From the NCBI GenBank assembly GCA_029264685.1, contig JARHZW010000055.1:1217-65216 (forward strand): a stretch of 64,000 nucleotides of DNA. Reading direction: 5' to 3'. Under the pieces are notes generated by a model, which ran no database searches, was not told the origin of the DNA, and saw only the letters and a program-made list of their open reading frames with translations. The DNA is from Candidatus Limivicinus sp. Its GTDB lineage: Bacteria > Bacillota > Clostridia > Oscillospirales > Oscillospiraceae. A program made the translations under genes and the position numbers. Positions 28,122-37,041 of the stretch are shown here, piece after piece. Position 1 is the stretch's first letter. Every line of letters starts with the position of its first letter.

Positions 28122-29018
28122 TTCCCCGTTCCATACAAAATCCGTAAATCGCCGCAGCACAGGATTATTGCTCTCCTTTGGCCATGCCGCAATTATCTCC
28201 ACCTTGTCCTCCTCTCCCTCCAGAGGAATAAAGACAAGCTCTTCGCTGTTTCCGTGACCTCTTGTCACATATTCAGGCAGAAGAGAAATTCCTTCCCCTG
28301 CCGCAACCATCATCAGAATGCTTTCCGCATCATTGGAGCGAAAGACAATGTTGGGCTGATAGCCTGCGCTGTGATACAGCTCATAAAACTGCTGGTCTCC
28401 TGCTGATTCGCCGGTGCTTGAGGGAGTCATGAAAAGAATGCTTTCGTTTCTCAGCTCGCTTCTTTTAAGCTTTTTGCGGCTTGCAAAAGGGTGGCTGCTG
28501 TATACCGCCGCAACCAGCGGGTTTCTCTCCGCCAGATGGCACTGTGTGTTTTTGTCCTTTGCAAGTTCCGTGCTGTCCCAAGTAAAAATTATGTCGTATT
28601 CTCCTCTTTGAAGTCCTGCCGCGAGAGCATCCGTATCGTTTCTGTAGCAGGATACCAGAACATTGGGGTAACGGCTTCTGAACGCAAGCAGGGTCTTTGA
28701 GATATTGCTTTTTTCGTAGCCCTTTGTGTACCCCACTCTCAGACTGCCCACAAAGCCTACCGATGCCTCCTGCACTCGGTCCATGGCCCTGTTAACTCTT
28801 TCCAGAATTGCTTTTGCATCTATGAGGAAGGCATTGCCTGCCGGAGTAAGAGCAACAGGGCGGCTGCTTCTGTCAAAAAGCGGAACGCCCATAATTTCCT
28901 CAAGGGCCTTAATCTGCTGTGTAACCGCAGTCTGGGAAATATAATACTGCGCCGCAGCACTGGTGAAGCTGTTGCTTTCCGCCGCAGCCACAAAGTATCT
29001 AAGCTGGTTAAGGTTCAT
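28116..29018 (-). CDS. LysR-family transcriptional regulator
   Basis: MNLNQLRYFVAAAESNSFTSAAAQYYISQTAVTQQIKALE. ATG at 29018 lies 7 nt after GGAG; the track start at 29030 is a TTG. Confidence 0.9.
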   Translation of the reverse strand: MNLNQLRYFVAAAESNSFTSAAAQYYISQTAVTQQIKALEEIMGVPLFDRSSRPVALTPAGNAFLIDAKAILERVNRAMDRVQEASVGFVGSLRVGYTKGYEKSNISKTLLAFRSRYPNVLVSCYRNDTDALAAGLQRGEYDIIFTWDSTELAKDKNTQCHLAERNPLVAAVYSSHPFASRKKLKRSELRNESILFMTPSSTGESAGDQQFYELYHSAGYQPNIVFRSNDAESILMMVAAGEGISLLPEYVTRGHGNSEELVFIPLEGEEDKVEIIAAWPKESNNPVLRRFTDFVWNGEK

Positions 29019-29080
29019 AATATTCTCCAATGTCAGTTTTCACTAATAATAAGTTTTTCTTATATTAACATCTTAAATAC

Positions 29081-29094
29081 ATATTTGCAAATAT
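29081..29094. promoter_or_regulatory. Perfect 14-bp palindrome in the LysR/transporter divergent region (candidate LTTR box)
   Basis: ATATTTGCAAATAT, abutting a TATAAT at 29094-29099 that faces the transporter gene. Confidence 0.4.
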
Positions 29095-29172
29095 ATAATT
29101 ACCGCTGTATTATAAGAAACACTCAGAACGCCCCGTAAAAAGGGCTTTTAAAAGCATTTAGGAGAAACAAAA

Positions 29173-30528
29173 ATGAAAAGAGAGAATTTCAAATCCAGAC
29201 TTGGCTTCCTGCTTGTCAGTGCAGGCTGTGCGATTGGCATAGGAAATGTATGGCGCTTCCCGTATGTAGTGGGGCAAAACGGCGGCGGACTGTTTGTTCT
29301 GTTTTACCTTCTGTTCCTCGTTACAATGGGAATCCCGGTTTTAACCATGGAACTTGCGGTAGGACGTGCAAGCAGAAAAAGCTCTGTGGGCGGATATATG
29401 GCGCTGGAGAATCCCGGCAGTAAATGGCATATCCACGGCTGGTTCGGCGTTTTGGGCAACTATGTTCTTATGATGTTTTATACAACCGTTTCAGGCTGGA
29501 TGCTTGATTATTTCGTGAAATTCATAAAGGGCGATTTCACCTCCGGCATGAGTACAGAGGCCGTAGGCGGAGTTTTTGGCAATATGCTGGCAAATCCCTC
29601 AGAAATGGCCTTCTGGATGGTAGTAACGGTAATTGCAGGCTTTGTGATTTGCAGCTTCGGGCTGCAAAACGGCCTTGAGCGTATAACGAAGATTATGATG
29701 TGTGCCCTGATGGTGCTTATCCTTGTATTGGCTATTCATTCATTAACACTGCCCGGTGCAGGCGAAGGCGTCTCTTTCTATCTTCTGCCGGATGTGGACA
29801 AAGTCAGGAGCGCCGGACTCAAAAATGTTATTTCAGCTGCAATGAATCAGGCTTTTTTCACCCTCAGCTTAGGTATCGGGGCTATGGAAATCTTCGGCAG
29901 CTATATGTCCGATGCACACACACTGCCCGGGGAGGCCGCACGGATCTGCATCATGGATACTTTTGTTGCAATAATGTCAGGTCTCATCATTTTCCCCGCC
30001 TGCTTCAGCTTCGGCGTACAGCCCGATCAGGGTCCTTCCCTGATATTCCAAACTCTGCCAAATATTTTTGTCAACATGGCCGGCGGCAGAATCTGGGGTA
30101 CGCTTTTCTTCCTGTTTATGACCTTTGCCAGCTTCTCAACGGTTATTGCAGTCTTTGAAAACCTTATTGCCTGCGGCTGTGATAACTTTGGCTGGTCCAG
30201 AAAGAAAGCTTCCGCAATAAACTGCGTGATTGTTTTGATTGCAAGTATTCCCTGCGTTCTCGGCTTCAATCTGTGGGAGAATCTGCATATTATAGGCGGC
30301 AGAGGAGTTCTCGACAGCGAGGACTACATAGTTTCAAACCTGCTTCTGCCCATTGGTTCTCTTGTGTATCTGCTGTTCTGCGTCAGCAAATGGGGCTGGG
30401 GCTTTGACAAATACCTGGCCGAGGCAAACAAGGGCGGCGGTATTAAGTTCTCCCCGAAATTAAAGCCGTATTTTCAGTATGTACTGCCCGTACTTATAGC
30501 TATAATAATTATCCAGAGTCTTTTTTAA
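29173..30528 (+). CDS. Neurotransmitter:sodium symporter (NSS/SNF) family transporter
   Basis: Signature GCAIGIGNVWRFPY. 451 aa, polytopic. Confidence 0.9.
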   Translation: MKRENFKSRLGFLLVSAGCAIGIGNVWRFPYVVGQNGGGLFVLFYLLFLVTMGIPVLTMELAVGRASRKSSVGGYMALENPGSKWHIHGWFGVLGNYVLMMFYTTVSGWMLDYFVKFIKGDFTSGMSTEAVGGVFGNMLANPSEMAFWMVVTVIAGFVICSFGLQNGLERITKIMMCALMVLILVLAIHSLTLPGAGEGVSFYLLPDVDKVRSAGLKNVISAAMNQAFFTLSLGIGAMEIFGSYMSDAHTLPGEAARICIMDTFVAIMSGLIIFPACFSFGVQPDQGPSLIFQTLPNIFVNMAGGRIWGTLFFLFMTFASFSTVIAVFENLIACGCDNFGWSRKKASAINCVIVLIASIPCVLGFNLWENLHIIGGRGVLDSEDYIVSNLLLPIGSLVYLLFCVSKWGWGFDKYLAEANKGGGIKFSPKLKPYFQYVLPVLIAIIIIQSLF

Positions 30529-30557
30529 AAATCAGCTTACACTTAATCACTCCTAAA

Positions 30558-30591
30558 ACAAAAGGCATTGTGGTCACACAATGCCTTTTGT
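30558..30591. terminator. Bidirectional terminator
   Basis: acaaaaggcattgtg-gtca-cacaatgccttttgt. Confidence 0.85.
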
Positions 30592-30595
30592 TTAT

Positions 30596-30751
30596 TCAGC
30601 TGTAATTTCCCGTTGTACCGTCGGGCATATCCGACTCTCTTTCAAAACGGCCTCTCGAGGGACTTTCAATTTCGGCCTTGCAGTCATGGCCTGTTATCAC
30701 GGGGACATGACCTAATTTTTCCTTCTGCTTGTCTTTCTTCTTTTTTGACAT
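30596..30751 (-). CDS. 51-aa highly charged small protein directly downstream of spoVAC
   Basis: MSKKKKDKQKEKLGHVPVITGHDCKAEIESPSRGRFERESDMPDGTTGNYS. GGAGG lies 7 nt upstream of the ATG at 30751. No recognisable family. Confidence 0.5.
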   Translation of the reverse strand: MSKKKKDKQKEKLGHVPVITGHDCKAEIESPSRGRFERESDMPDGTTGNYS

Positions 30752-30762
30752 TTCTTTTCCTC

Positions 30763-31200
30763 CTATCCTATAAGGCAAAGTATCAATCCGTAAATTACGC
30801 TTGCGGATATGCCGTAAACAATAACCGGGCCTGAAATTATGAACATTTTGGATGCAGTTCCGGTAATAAAGCCCTCGGTTTTAAATTCCAGAGCCGGAGC
30901 AACCACAGAGTTTGCAAACCCCGTAATAGGCACAAGGGTACCTGCTCCCGCCACCTTGGCAATACGGTCGTAGACCCCTATACCTGTGAGCAGCGCTCCT
31001 ATAAATACCAGAGTAATCGAAACTGCCGTTGCTGCCGCCTCGCTGTTCAGCCCGCACATTTTATAGACATTTAAAGCAAACTGTCCCAGACAGCAAATCA
31101 GGCCACCGATCCAGAAGGCGTTCAGCGAATCCTTCACAACAGGCGACCGTGGCATATGCTGCTCGGAATACTGTCTGTATTCCTCATTGCTCATTTTCAT
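30763..31200 (-). CDS. spoVAC: Stage V sporulation protein AC (dipicolinate channel subunit)
   Basis: 145 aa, 4 TM, with ..FWIGGLICCLGQ..GAGTLVPITGFANSVVAPALEFKTEGF.. typical of SpoVAC. AAGGAGG RBS. Confidence 0.85.
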   Translation of the reverse strand: MKMSNEEYRQYSEQHMPRSPVVKDSLNAFWIGGLICCLGQFALNVYKMCGLNSEAAATAVSITLVFIGALLTGIGVYDRIAKVAGAGTLVPITGFANSVVAPALEFKTEGFITGTASKMFIISGPVIVYGISASVIYGLILCLIG

Positions 31201-31305
31201 CGCCGATTTCCTCCTTAATTTTTTCTTTTACAGCCACATTATCTGTAAAAACCCGTCTTTTATACCTATGGTGAAAAAATTTTTTAATTAAATTCAAATT
31301 AAGCC

Positions 31306-31334
31306 TTGACTTTATAAGATTTTAGCCTTATAAT
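31306..31334 (+). promoter_or_regulatory. Sigma-A promoter for tRNA-Ser
   Basis: TTGACT, 17 nt, TATAAT, about 45 nt upstream of the tRNA. Confidence 0.7.
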
Positions 31335-31377
31335 GAGCAAGCTGTAAATTTCATATGAATGATTTCTTGAGCAATAC

Positions 31378-31469
31378 GGAGATGTCGCGTAGTTGGTCGA
31401 GCGCGCACGATTGGAAATCGTGTATACCCCAAAAGGGTATCGAGAGTTCGAATCTCTCCATCTCCGCCA
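31378..31469 (+). tRNA. tRNA-Ser (anticodon GGA), class II with a long variable arm; CCA encoded
   Basis: Hand-folded. Acceptor GGAGATG/CATCTCC, anticodon stem CACGA/TCGTG with loop TTGGAAA, variable arm TACCC-CAAAA-GGGTA, T arm GAGAG-TTCGAAT-CTCTC, then G-CCA. Confidence 0.9.
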
Positions 31470-31471
31470 TT

Positions 31472-31508
31472 AAAGAAGCAGTTTTCAATCGAAAACTGCT
31501 TCTTTTTT
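31472..31508 (+). terminator. Terminator after tRNA-Ser
   Basis: aaagaagcagttttc-aat-cgaaaactgcttctttttt. Confidence 0.9.
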
Positions 31509-31569
31509 ATTAGCTGACTGATTTTTATACTGTCTGCAAGTCTTAATTGACTGAGTTCGAGGTGATCAA

Positions 31570-32754
31570 ATGGAAAAAATCCGAAATATCATTAAAAACG
31601 AGAATATAGGTACTGAAGCTATAGCTCTGCGCCGCCATATCCATCAAAATCCGGAATTATCGGAAATGGAATATAAAACCATGGAGCTTATATGCCGTAA
31701 GCTCTGTGAGCTGGACATACCATACCGAAAAAATGTGGCCGGAACCGGCATTATCGCCCTGATAGAAGGCGGTTTTCCCGGCAAAACTGTGGGAATACGG
31801 GCAGATATGGACGCCCTCCCCATAGAAGAAATGAACACCGAGCTTTCCTACTGCTCCAATGTGAAGGGAGTTATGCACGCCTGCGGGCATGATGCCCACA
31901 CTGCCGTATTATGGGGTGTGGCTGCCGTGCTGTCCAAAATCCGCAGCGATCTCCACGGCAATGTAAAGCTCATATTTCAGCCGGCTGAAGAGACTGTAGG
32001 CGGAGCGGAGAGAATGATAGCTGAAGGCTGCCTGGAAAATCCTCATGTTGACTATATGCTGGGGCTTCATGTCGACCCTGACATTCCGGCAGGAAAAATC
32101 GGCCTTAAATACGGCAAAATGTACGCCGCCTCCGATATGCTGACTTTGAAGGTTTACGGACGTTCATGTCACGGCGCTCGTCCCGAGCAGGGTGTGGATG
32201 CCATTGTGGCAGCTGCCCAGATTATTAACAATGTTCAGAGCTTTGTAAGTCGGAATGTGAGCCCTGTAGATTCTGCGGTATGCTCCTTCGGCACCATTCA
32301 CGGCGGAAATGTGCGAAACCAGATAGCGGATTATGTGGAGCTTACGGGAATAATACGCACCCTCGATCCAAAAACAAGGCTTTTTGCCAGAGAGAGGATA
32401 ACTGACATATGCTGCCAGACCGCCTCAATGCTTGGCGGTAAAGCGGAGCTTATAATCCAGCCAAGCTATTCCCCCCTCATAAACGACGACACTGTAGTTG
32501 ATATGGTGCGTGAAACGGCAGACGAAATTATAGGGAGAGACAACATTGTTATTCGGGATGTTCCCTCTCTGGGTGTGGAGGATTTCGCCTATTTTGCCGG
32601 TGCAAGACCTGCCTGCTTCTTTCATCTTGGCTGCGGCATTGAAGGAGAAAAGCACAGAGTGTGCCACAGCTCCTGCTTTAACATTGACGAGAACTGTATT
32701 CCTCTCGGAATTGAGCTTCAATGTGAAAACGTGCTGAAGCTTTTGAATCGGTAA
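31570..32754 (+). CDS. M20D-family amidohydrolase (N-acyl-L-amino acid amidohydrolase/hippurate hydrolase type)
   Basis: HQNPELSEMEYKT and MHACGHDAHTA metal-ligand motifs. 394 aa. Confidence 0.85.
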   Translation: MEKIRNIIKNENIGTEAIALRRHIHQNPELSEMEYKTMELICRKLCELDIPYRKNVAGTGIIALIEGGFPGKTVGIRADMDALPIEEMNTELSYCSNVKGVMHACGHDAHTAVLWGVAAVLSKIRSDLHGNVKLIFQPAEETVGGAERMIAEGCLENPHVDYMLGLHVDPDIPAGKIGLKYGKMYAASDMLTLKVYGRSCHGARPEQGVDAIVAAAQIINNVQSFVSRNVSPVDSAVCSFGTIHGGNVRNQIADYVELTGIIRTLDPKTRLFARERITDICCQTASMLGGKAELIIQPSYSPLINDDTVVDMVRETADEIIGRDNIVIRDVPSLGVEDFAYFAGARPACFFHLGCGIEGEKHRVCHSSCFNIDENCIPLGIELQCENVLKLLNR

Positions 32755-32879
32755 TCCTTTAAAAGCAGGGCGACGCAGAGTAGGCGGTCTGCCCGTGAGA
32801 TTAAAATTATTTTTTAAAAGCTCTTTTTGTATCAGCTTTTTGTGGTATATTAGAATAGATATTTTGTGGGAATTGTGGA

Positions 32880-34145
32880 GTGATTTGTTTGAATGAATAT
32901 GTAAAGCCAAATTTGAAAACCTTGGGAATGTTTCTAAAGGTTTTCTGCAAATGGATACTGGTTGCACTGGTAGTCGGGCTTATAGGCGGCCTTGTAGGTT
33001 CAGCCTTCCATCTCAGCGTAGAATATGTTACAAATCTGCGTATCAGCCATCCCGAGCTTCTGCTGCTCATGCCTGTTTGCGGCGTAATCATCGTTTTCCT
33101 GTATAAGATTACAAAAACCGAGGGCAAAGGCACCAACGCCATCATCAGCTCCGTACATTTCGGAAAGGACGTGCCTATTCTTCTTGTGCCTGTAATTTTC
33201 ATCGCAACCGCCCTGACTCACCTCTGCGGAGGTTCTGCCGGTCGTGAAGGGGCTGCGCTGCAAATCGGAGGCGGCATCGGCTGCAACATAGGCAAGGTCA
33301 TGAAGCTGAAGGACAAAGAGGAACCTATCGCCGTTTTGTGCGGCATGGCCGCTGTATTCTCCGCTCTGTTTGGAACACCCGTTGCAGCTACGGTTTTTGC
33401 CCTTGAGGTATGCAGTGTCGGTCTTATTCATTATTCCGGCCTTGTTCCGTGCAGCACCGCCGCATTTGTGGCCTACGGAATAACAAGACTGTTTGGCATT
33501 GCTCCCACCCACTTCGCTGTTGAAGCAATTTCCCTATCCCTTACAGGTGTCATAAAAGTTATTATACTGGCTTTTATCTGCGCCATGATAAGTGTTCTTT
33601 TCTGTGAGCTTTTGCATTTTTCCGAGCGTCTTACGGGAAAATACTTTAAAAATCCCTATTTGAGAATTCTGCTGGGAAGTGTAATTCTGCTTATTTTGAC
33701 CTCCCTTGTGGGAAATATGGACTATAACGGCGCAGGCATGGGTCTTATTTCAGCCGCTGTGGAGCAGGGTCAGGCAAGACCTGAAGCCTTCATTATGAAA
33801 ATAATATTTACCGCTGTCACCCTGTCCTTTGGATTTAAAGGCGGTGAAGTGGTCCCCACTCTGTTTATCGGTGCAACCTTGGGATGTGCCGCAGGGCCTT
33901 TGCTGGGGCTTCCCGCCGGCTTTGCAGCCGCTCTGGGTATGGCGGGTCTGTTCTGCGGTGCCGTAAACTGCCCTCTGGGTTCTCTGGTACTCTCTATCGA
34001 GCTTTTCGGAGCTGCCGGCTTCCCCTATTTTGCAATAGTATGCTTTATATCCTATATGCTCTCCGGCTACTCCAGTCTCTACAAGGAACAGATTATCACC
34101 TACTCAAAGCTCCGTGCCGAGTATATAAACATTCATCCTGAATAA
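32880..34145 (+). CDS. Short ClC-family anion channel/antiporter without CBS domains, possibly CLC-F-like
   Basis: GGSAGREGAALQIGG (gating Glu motif) and GFKGGEVVPTLFIGA. About 420 aa. The start is uncertain: GTG 32880, TTG 32889 or ATG 32928. Confidence 0.8.
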   Translation: MICLNEYVKPNLKTLGMFLKVFCKWILVALVVGLIGGLVGSAFHLSVEYVTNLRISHPELLLLMPVCGVIIVFLYKITKTEGKGTNAIISSVHFGKDVPILLVPVIFIATALTHLCGGSAGREGAALQIGGGIGCNIGKVMKLKDKEEPIAVLCGMAAVFSALFGTPVAATVFALEVCSVGLIHYSGLVPCSTAAFVAYGITRLFGIAPTHFAVEAISLSLTGVIKVIILAFICAMISVLFCELLHFSERLTGKYFKNPYLRILLGSVILLILTSLVGNMDYNGAGMGLISAAVEQGQARPEAFIMKIIFTAVTLSFGFKGGEVVPTLFIGATLGCAAGPLLGLPAGFAAALGMAGLFCGAVNCPLGSLVLSIELFGAAGFPYFAIVCFISYMLSGYSSLYKEQIITYSKLRAEYINIHPE

Positions 34146-34164
34146 GCTGTTTGGTTTTCAACAT

Positions 34165-34194
34165 AAAAAATCCACCGAAATTATCGGTGGATTT
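34165..34194. terminator. Bidirectional terminator between ClC and metK
   Basis: aaaaaatccaccga-aatt-atcggtggatttt. Confidence 0.85.
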
Positions 34195-34200
34195 TGTTTT

Positions 34201-35382
34201 TTACTTTATTGCCTCAAGGAGAGCATCGACCTTGTCTCTGTCCTCCCAGCGGACCCCCAGATCCTCACGACCCATGTGACCGTAAGCGGCAAGATTTCTG
34301 TATATGGGCTTGCGAAGCTCCAGATCTCTGATGATGGCACTGGGGCGGAAATCAAAGACCTTCTGCACAGCCTCGCTTATTTTTTCGTCGGAATATTTTC
34401 CTGTTCCGAAGGTCTCAACCAGAACGGACACGGGCTTTGCAACACCTATGGCGTATGCAAGCTCTATCTGGCAGCGTCTGGCAAGACCGGCAGCAACCAC
34501 ATTCTTTGCAGCCCAGCGGGCGGCATATGCTGCGGAGCGGTCAACCTTCGTGGGGTCTTTGCCTGAGAAAGCACCGCCGCCGTGGGGAGCGCTTCCGCCG
34601 TAAGTATCAACAATGATTTTGCGTCCGGTAAGTCCGGAGTCACCCTGAGGGCCGCCGATAACAAAGCGTCCGGTGGGGTTTACGAAGTACTTGGTGTTCT
34701 CGTCCAGAAGCTCAGCAGGAACAATGGGCTTAATAACAAGCTCTATCATGTCCTTTCTGATCTGCTCAAGGCTTGCCTCGGGAGCGTGCTGAGTGGAAAT
34801 TACCACAGTGTCAACTCTCACGGGGCGGCGGTCCTCATCGTACTCCACGGTAACCTGAGTTTTGCCGTCGGGACGCAGATAGTCAACAACATTGGTTTTT
34901 CTTACCTCGGTAAGACGCATGGCCAGCTTATGAGAAAGAGAAATAGCAAGAGGCATCAGCTCTTTTGTTTCGTCGCAGGCATAACCGAACATCATGCCCT
35001 GGTCGCCTGCGCCGTTCTGAAGCTCGGTCTCTTCCTCGGCCTTATTCTCCAGTGATTTGTCAACACCCATGGCTATATCACCGGATTGCTCGTCTATATT
35101 GGTGATTATACCGCAGGTATCGCAGTCAAAGCCGTATTTTGCTCTGTCGTAGCCGATGTCACGAATAACCTCTCGGGCAATTTTGGGAATATCCACATAG
35201 CACTCAGTGCTGATTTCTCCCATAATATGTACAAGACCTGTGGAGACCGTGGTCTCGCAGGCTACTCTGCCCATAGGGTCTTTTTCAATTATAGCATCAA
35301 GGACCGCATCGGAAATCTGGTCGCAGATTTTATCAGGATGTCCCTCAGTCACGGACTCGGATGTGAATAAAAAGTGGCTCAT
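34201..35382 (-). CDS. metK: S-adenosylmethionine synthetase
   Basis: [56 protein letters not shown]. Confidence 0.97.
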   Translation of the reverse strand: MSHFLFTSESVTEGHPDKICDQISDAVLDAIIEKDPMGRVACETTVSTGLVHIMGEISTECYVDIPKIAREVIRDIGYDRAKYGFDCDTCGIITNIDEQSGDIAMGVDKSLENKAEEETELQNGAGDQGMMFGYACDETKELMPLAISLSHKLAMRLTEVRKTNVVDYLRPDGKTQVTVEYDEDRRPVRVDTVVISTQHAPEASLEQIRKDMIELVIKPIVPAELLDENTKYFVNPTGRFVIGGPQGDSGLTGRKIIVDTYGGSAPHGGGAFSGKDPTKVDRSAAYAARWAAKNVVAAGLARRCQIELAYAIGVAKPVSVLVETFGTGKYSDEKISEAVQKVFDFRPSAIIRDLELRKPIYRNLAAYGHMGREDLGVRWEDRDKVDALLEAIK

Positions 35383-35420
35383 ATTATATCCTCCTAAAAT
35401 TATTTAATATAAACATATAA

Positions 35421-35456
35421 AAAATATAAAAAGCGCCCCGTCCACCGACGGAGCGC
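35421..35456 (-). terminator. Expression-platform terminator of the SAM-I riboswitch
   Basis: On the minus strand: gcgctccgtc-ggtg-gacggggcgc followed by tttttatattttt. Confidence 0.85.
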
Positions 35457-35469
35457 AGAAAATCTGTTT

Positions 35470-35572
35470 AAGAAAGCCTCATCTTTCGTCACCGCCGGAT
35501 TTAGCACCTTGCCGTAAGCAGGTTGCCGGGTTTCACAGGGCCGTTCCCTCCACCACTCTTGATAAGGTATGA
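35470..35572 (-). promoter_or_regulatory. SAM-I (S-box) riboswitch in the metK leader
   Basis: The minus strand reads CTTATCAAGAGTGGTGGAGGGAACGGCCCTGTGAAACCCGGCAACCTGCTTACGGCAAGGTGCTAAATCCGGCGGTGACGAAAGATGAGG. This matches the S-box core (TTATCAAGAG.GG.GGAGGGA..GGCCC..GAA.CC.GGCAACC....GGTGCTAA.TCC....GAAAGATGAG). Confidence 0.92.
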
Positions 35573-35587
35573 AGTTTTACTTTAGAG

Positions 35588-35615
35588 AGTATATCATTAA
35601 ATTTCAAGTTGTCAA
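35588..35615 (-). promoter_or_regulatory. Sigma-A promoter of metK
   Basis: On the minus strand: TTGACA, 16 nt, TATACT, just upstream of the riboswitch. Confidence 0.7.
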
Positions 35616-35641
35616 GGGCTGTAAGCAAAAATTAACAATTT

Positions 35642-36685
35642 CTATGAAAGTATCTTTCCGGAATAGAAGCGACTCTCTTTTCCGTTTTGATCCTCAAGAG
35701 AAAAGCTTTTGATCCTGCCGCCCGGTTCATAATTTGTGTATACAACATAATTTTCGTCTATATAATCACACAGGCTGTAAGTTCCTGTAACATTATAAGC
35801 AAAGCTCTCCTTCGGCTCATCAGTATCAAAGCTCCATGCTCTTATCTCTTTTCCACCGCTGATTCCCGCAACATGAACCGTTTCTCCGTCAAAGGAATAT
35901 CGGGCTGTACCCTGAATTTTCCCAAGTTGATATTTTAACGGGTTCATTCCGTCCATGCCCATATCCAGTACGCCGCCGTCAACCGTACATAACAGCCTGT
36001 CTCCCATTATAACCGGTGCATAAGCAGGCTGATCCGTAAGCTCAGTATCTGCACCTGTTTTAAGGTCTCTCATATACAGATGCTCGTTTTCTGACTGCTG
36101 ATATATGAGACTGTCGCCTATAATATACGGGTAAAAAACAGGCTCAGGCATTAAAATTTCCTGCTCAGCCCCTGTAACGGAGGCAGTACAGAACCTCATT
36201 GCACTGTCGCAATAGTACAGCTTCTCCCCGTGTATTCTTAGAAAATCACAAGGCCCTTCCTTTACAGTCTGCAAATCCTCTCCGTTAATACCGACCGACT
36301 CTATATCCCCCCCTGAATTTCTGTTTATAAAATAAATCCTGTCAGAGAAAACATTGAGATATTCCGCAGCGCAGTCGGATACCAGTATTTTAAAATCCGT
36401 TGGATTTGAAGATGAAATATCGTATGAACAGAGCGCAGGTTTATTATCCCCGTCAAAATCCACACAGTATAGGCGCTGTCCCGAAATAACAGCTCTGCCG
36501 CCGCTCATATAGCTCTGCATAGTCAGGCCTTCTGCCCGGCTCAATTCAGGTATTCTCGGATTTTCCACTTTTTTAAGTTTTTGTCTGCTTTCAGCCGAAG
36601 GTGACAGCGGCAGCCCGGCACAGCCTGACAAAACCGCAGACAGGCTGACGCAAAGAGCCAGTAAAAAGAGTGTAGTTTTTTTCAT
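35642..36685 (-). CDS. Lipoprotein with repeated beta-propeller-like blades (DUF5050-like)
   Basis: Lipobox LSAVLSGCAG. Recurring blade motifs: DRIYFINRNSGGDIESVGINGEDL, GEKLYYCD, GDSLIYQQ, GDRLLCTVDG. Confidence 0.65.
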   Translation of the reverse strand: MKKTTLFLLALCVSLSAVLSGCAGLPLSPSAESRQKLKKVENPRIPELSRAEGLTMQSYMSGGRAVISGQRLYCVDFDGDNKPALCSYDISSSNPTDFKILVSDCAAEYLNVFSDRIYFINRNSGGDIESVGINGEDLQTVKEGPCDFLRIHGEKLYYCDSAMRFCTASVTGAEQEILMPEPVFYPYIIGDSLIYQQSENEHLYMRDLKTGADTELTDQPAYAPVIMGDRLLCTVDGGVLDMGMDGMNPLKYQLGKIQGTARYSFDGETVHVAGISGGKEIRAWSFDTDEPKESFAYNVTGTYSLCDYIDENYVVYTNYEPGGRIKSFSLEDQNGKESRFYSGKILS

Positions 36686-36812
36686 TAAGGGCAAACCTCG
36701 TCAAATTTTAAGTTTCTTTATTTTAGCACAAAAGCCACAGCCTTTCAATCGCCTTAATTTTAAACAAATTCTATCAAAAATACGGATAAATTTTACTTCC
36801 ATATTTTTCCTT

Positions 36813-36926
36813 TTCGACACGGTTCGACAAATATATTTAAAATATTTTGTCGTAAACGGGGAAATGATATTGCATTATGTTAATTTATCAGATATTATGT
36901 CAACAAGAAGTCTTCGTTGTTCGACA
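36813..36926. promoter_or_regulatory. Cluster of Spo0A-binding 0A boxes upstream of spo0A
   Basis: Three exact TTCGACA (the complement of TGTCGAA) at 36813-36819, 36823-36829 and 36920-36926, plus a one-mismatch TGTCGTA at 36848-36854. Confidence 0.65.
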
Positions 36927-37041
36927 GTTTTCTGTTGTTATGAAAGTGTCAACTATGGTAAATTTAATGCGACAGAACGGTTAATCTGCTTCAATTAGTA
37001 CATAAGTGAATCGTACAATGCATAACTGGGAGGAAAGTATT

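Noticed and set aside
31378-31469. tRNA-Ser as an integration hotspot or island boundary
   Set aside because: There is no integrase. I found no duplicated tRNA 3' end by eye in the flanks. The neighbours (spoVAC, an M20 amidohydrolase) look chromosomal.
32755-32879. Possible fluoride (crcB-motif) riboswitch upstream of the ClC gene
   Set aside because: Only a GGGCGA..CTGCCC resemblance is present. The conserved 3' CUGAUG..CCUCUAC segment and the pseudoknot partners are absent. The stretch is more likely a weak terminator of the amidohydrolase gene.
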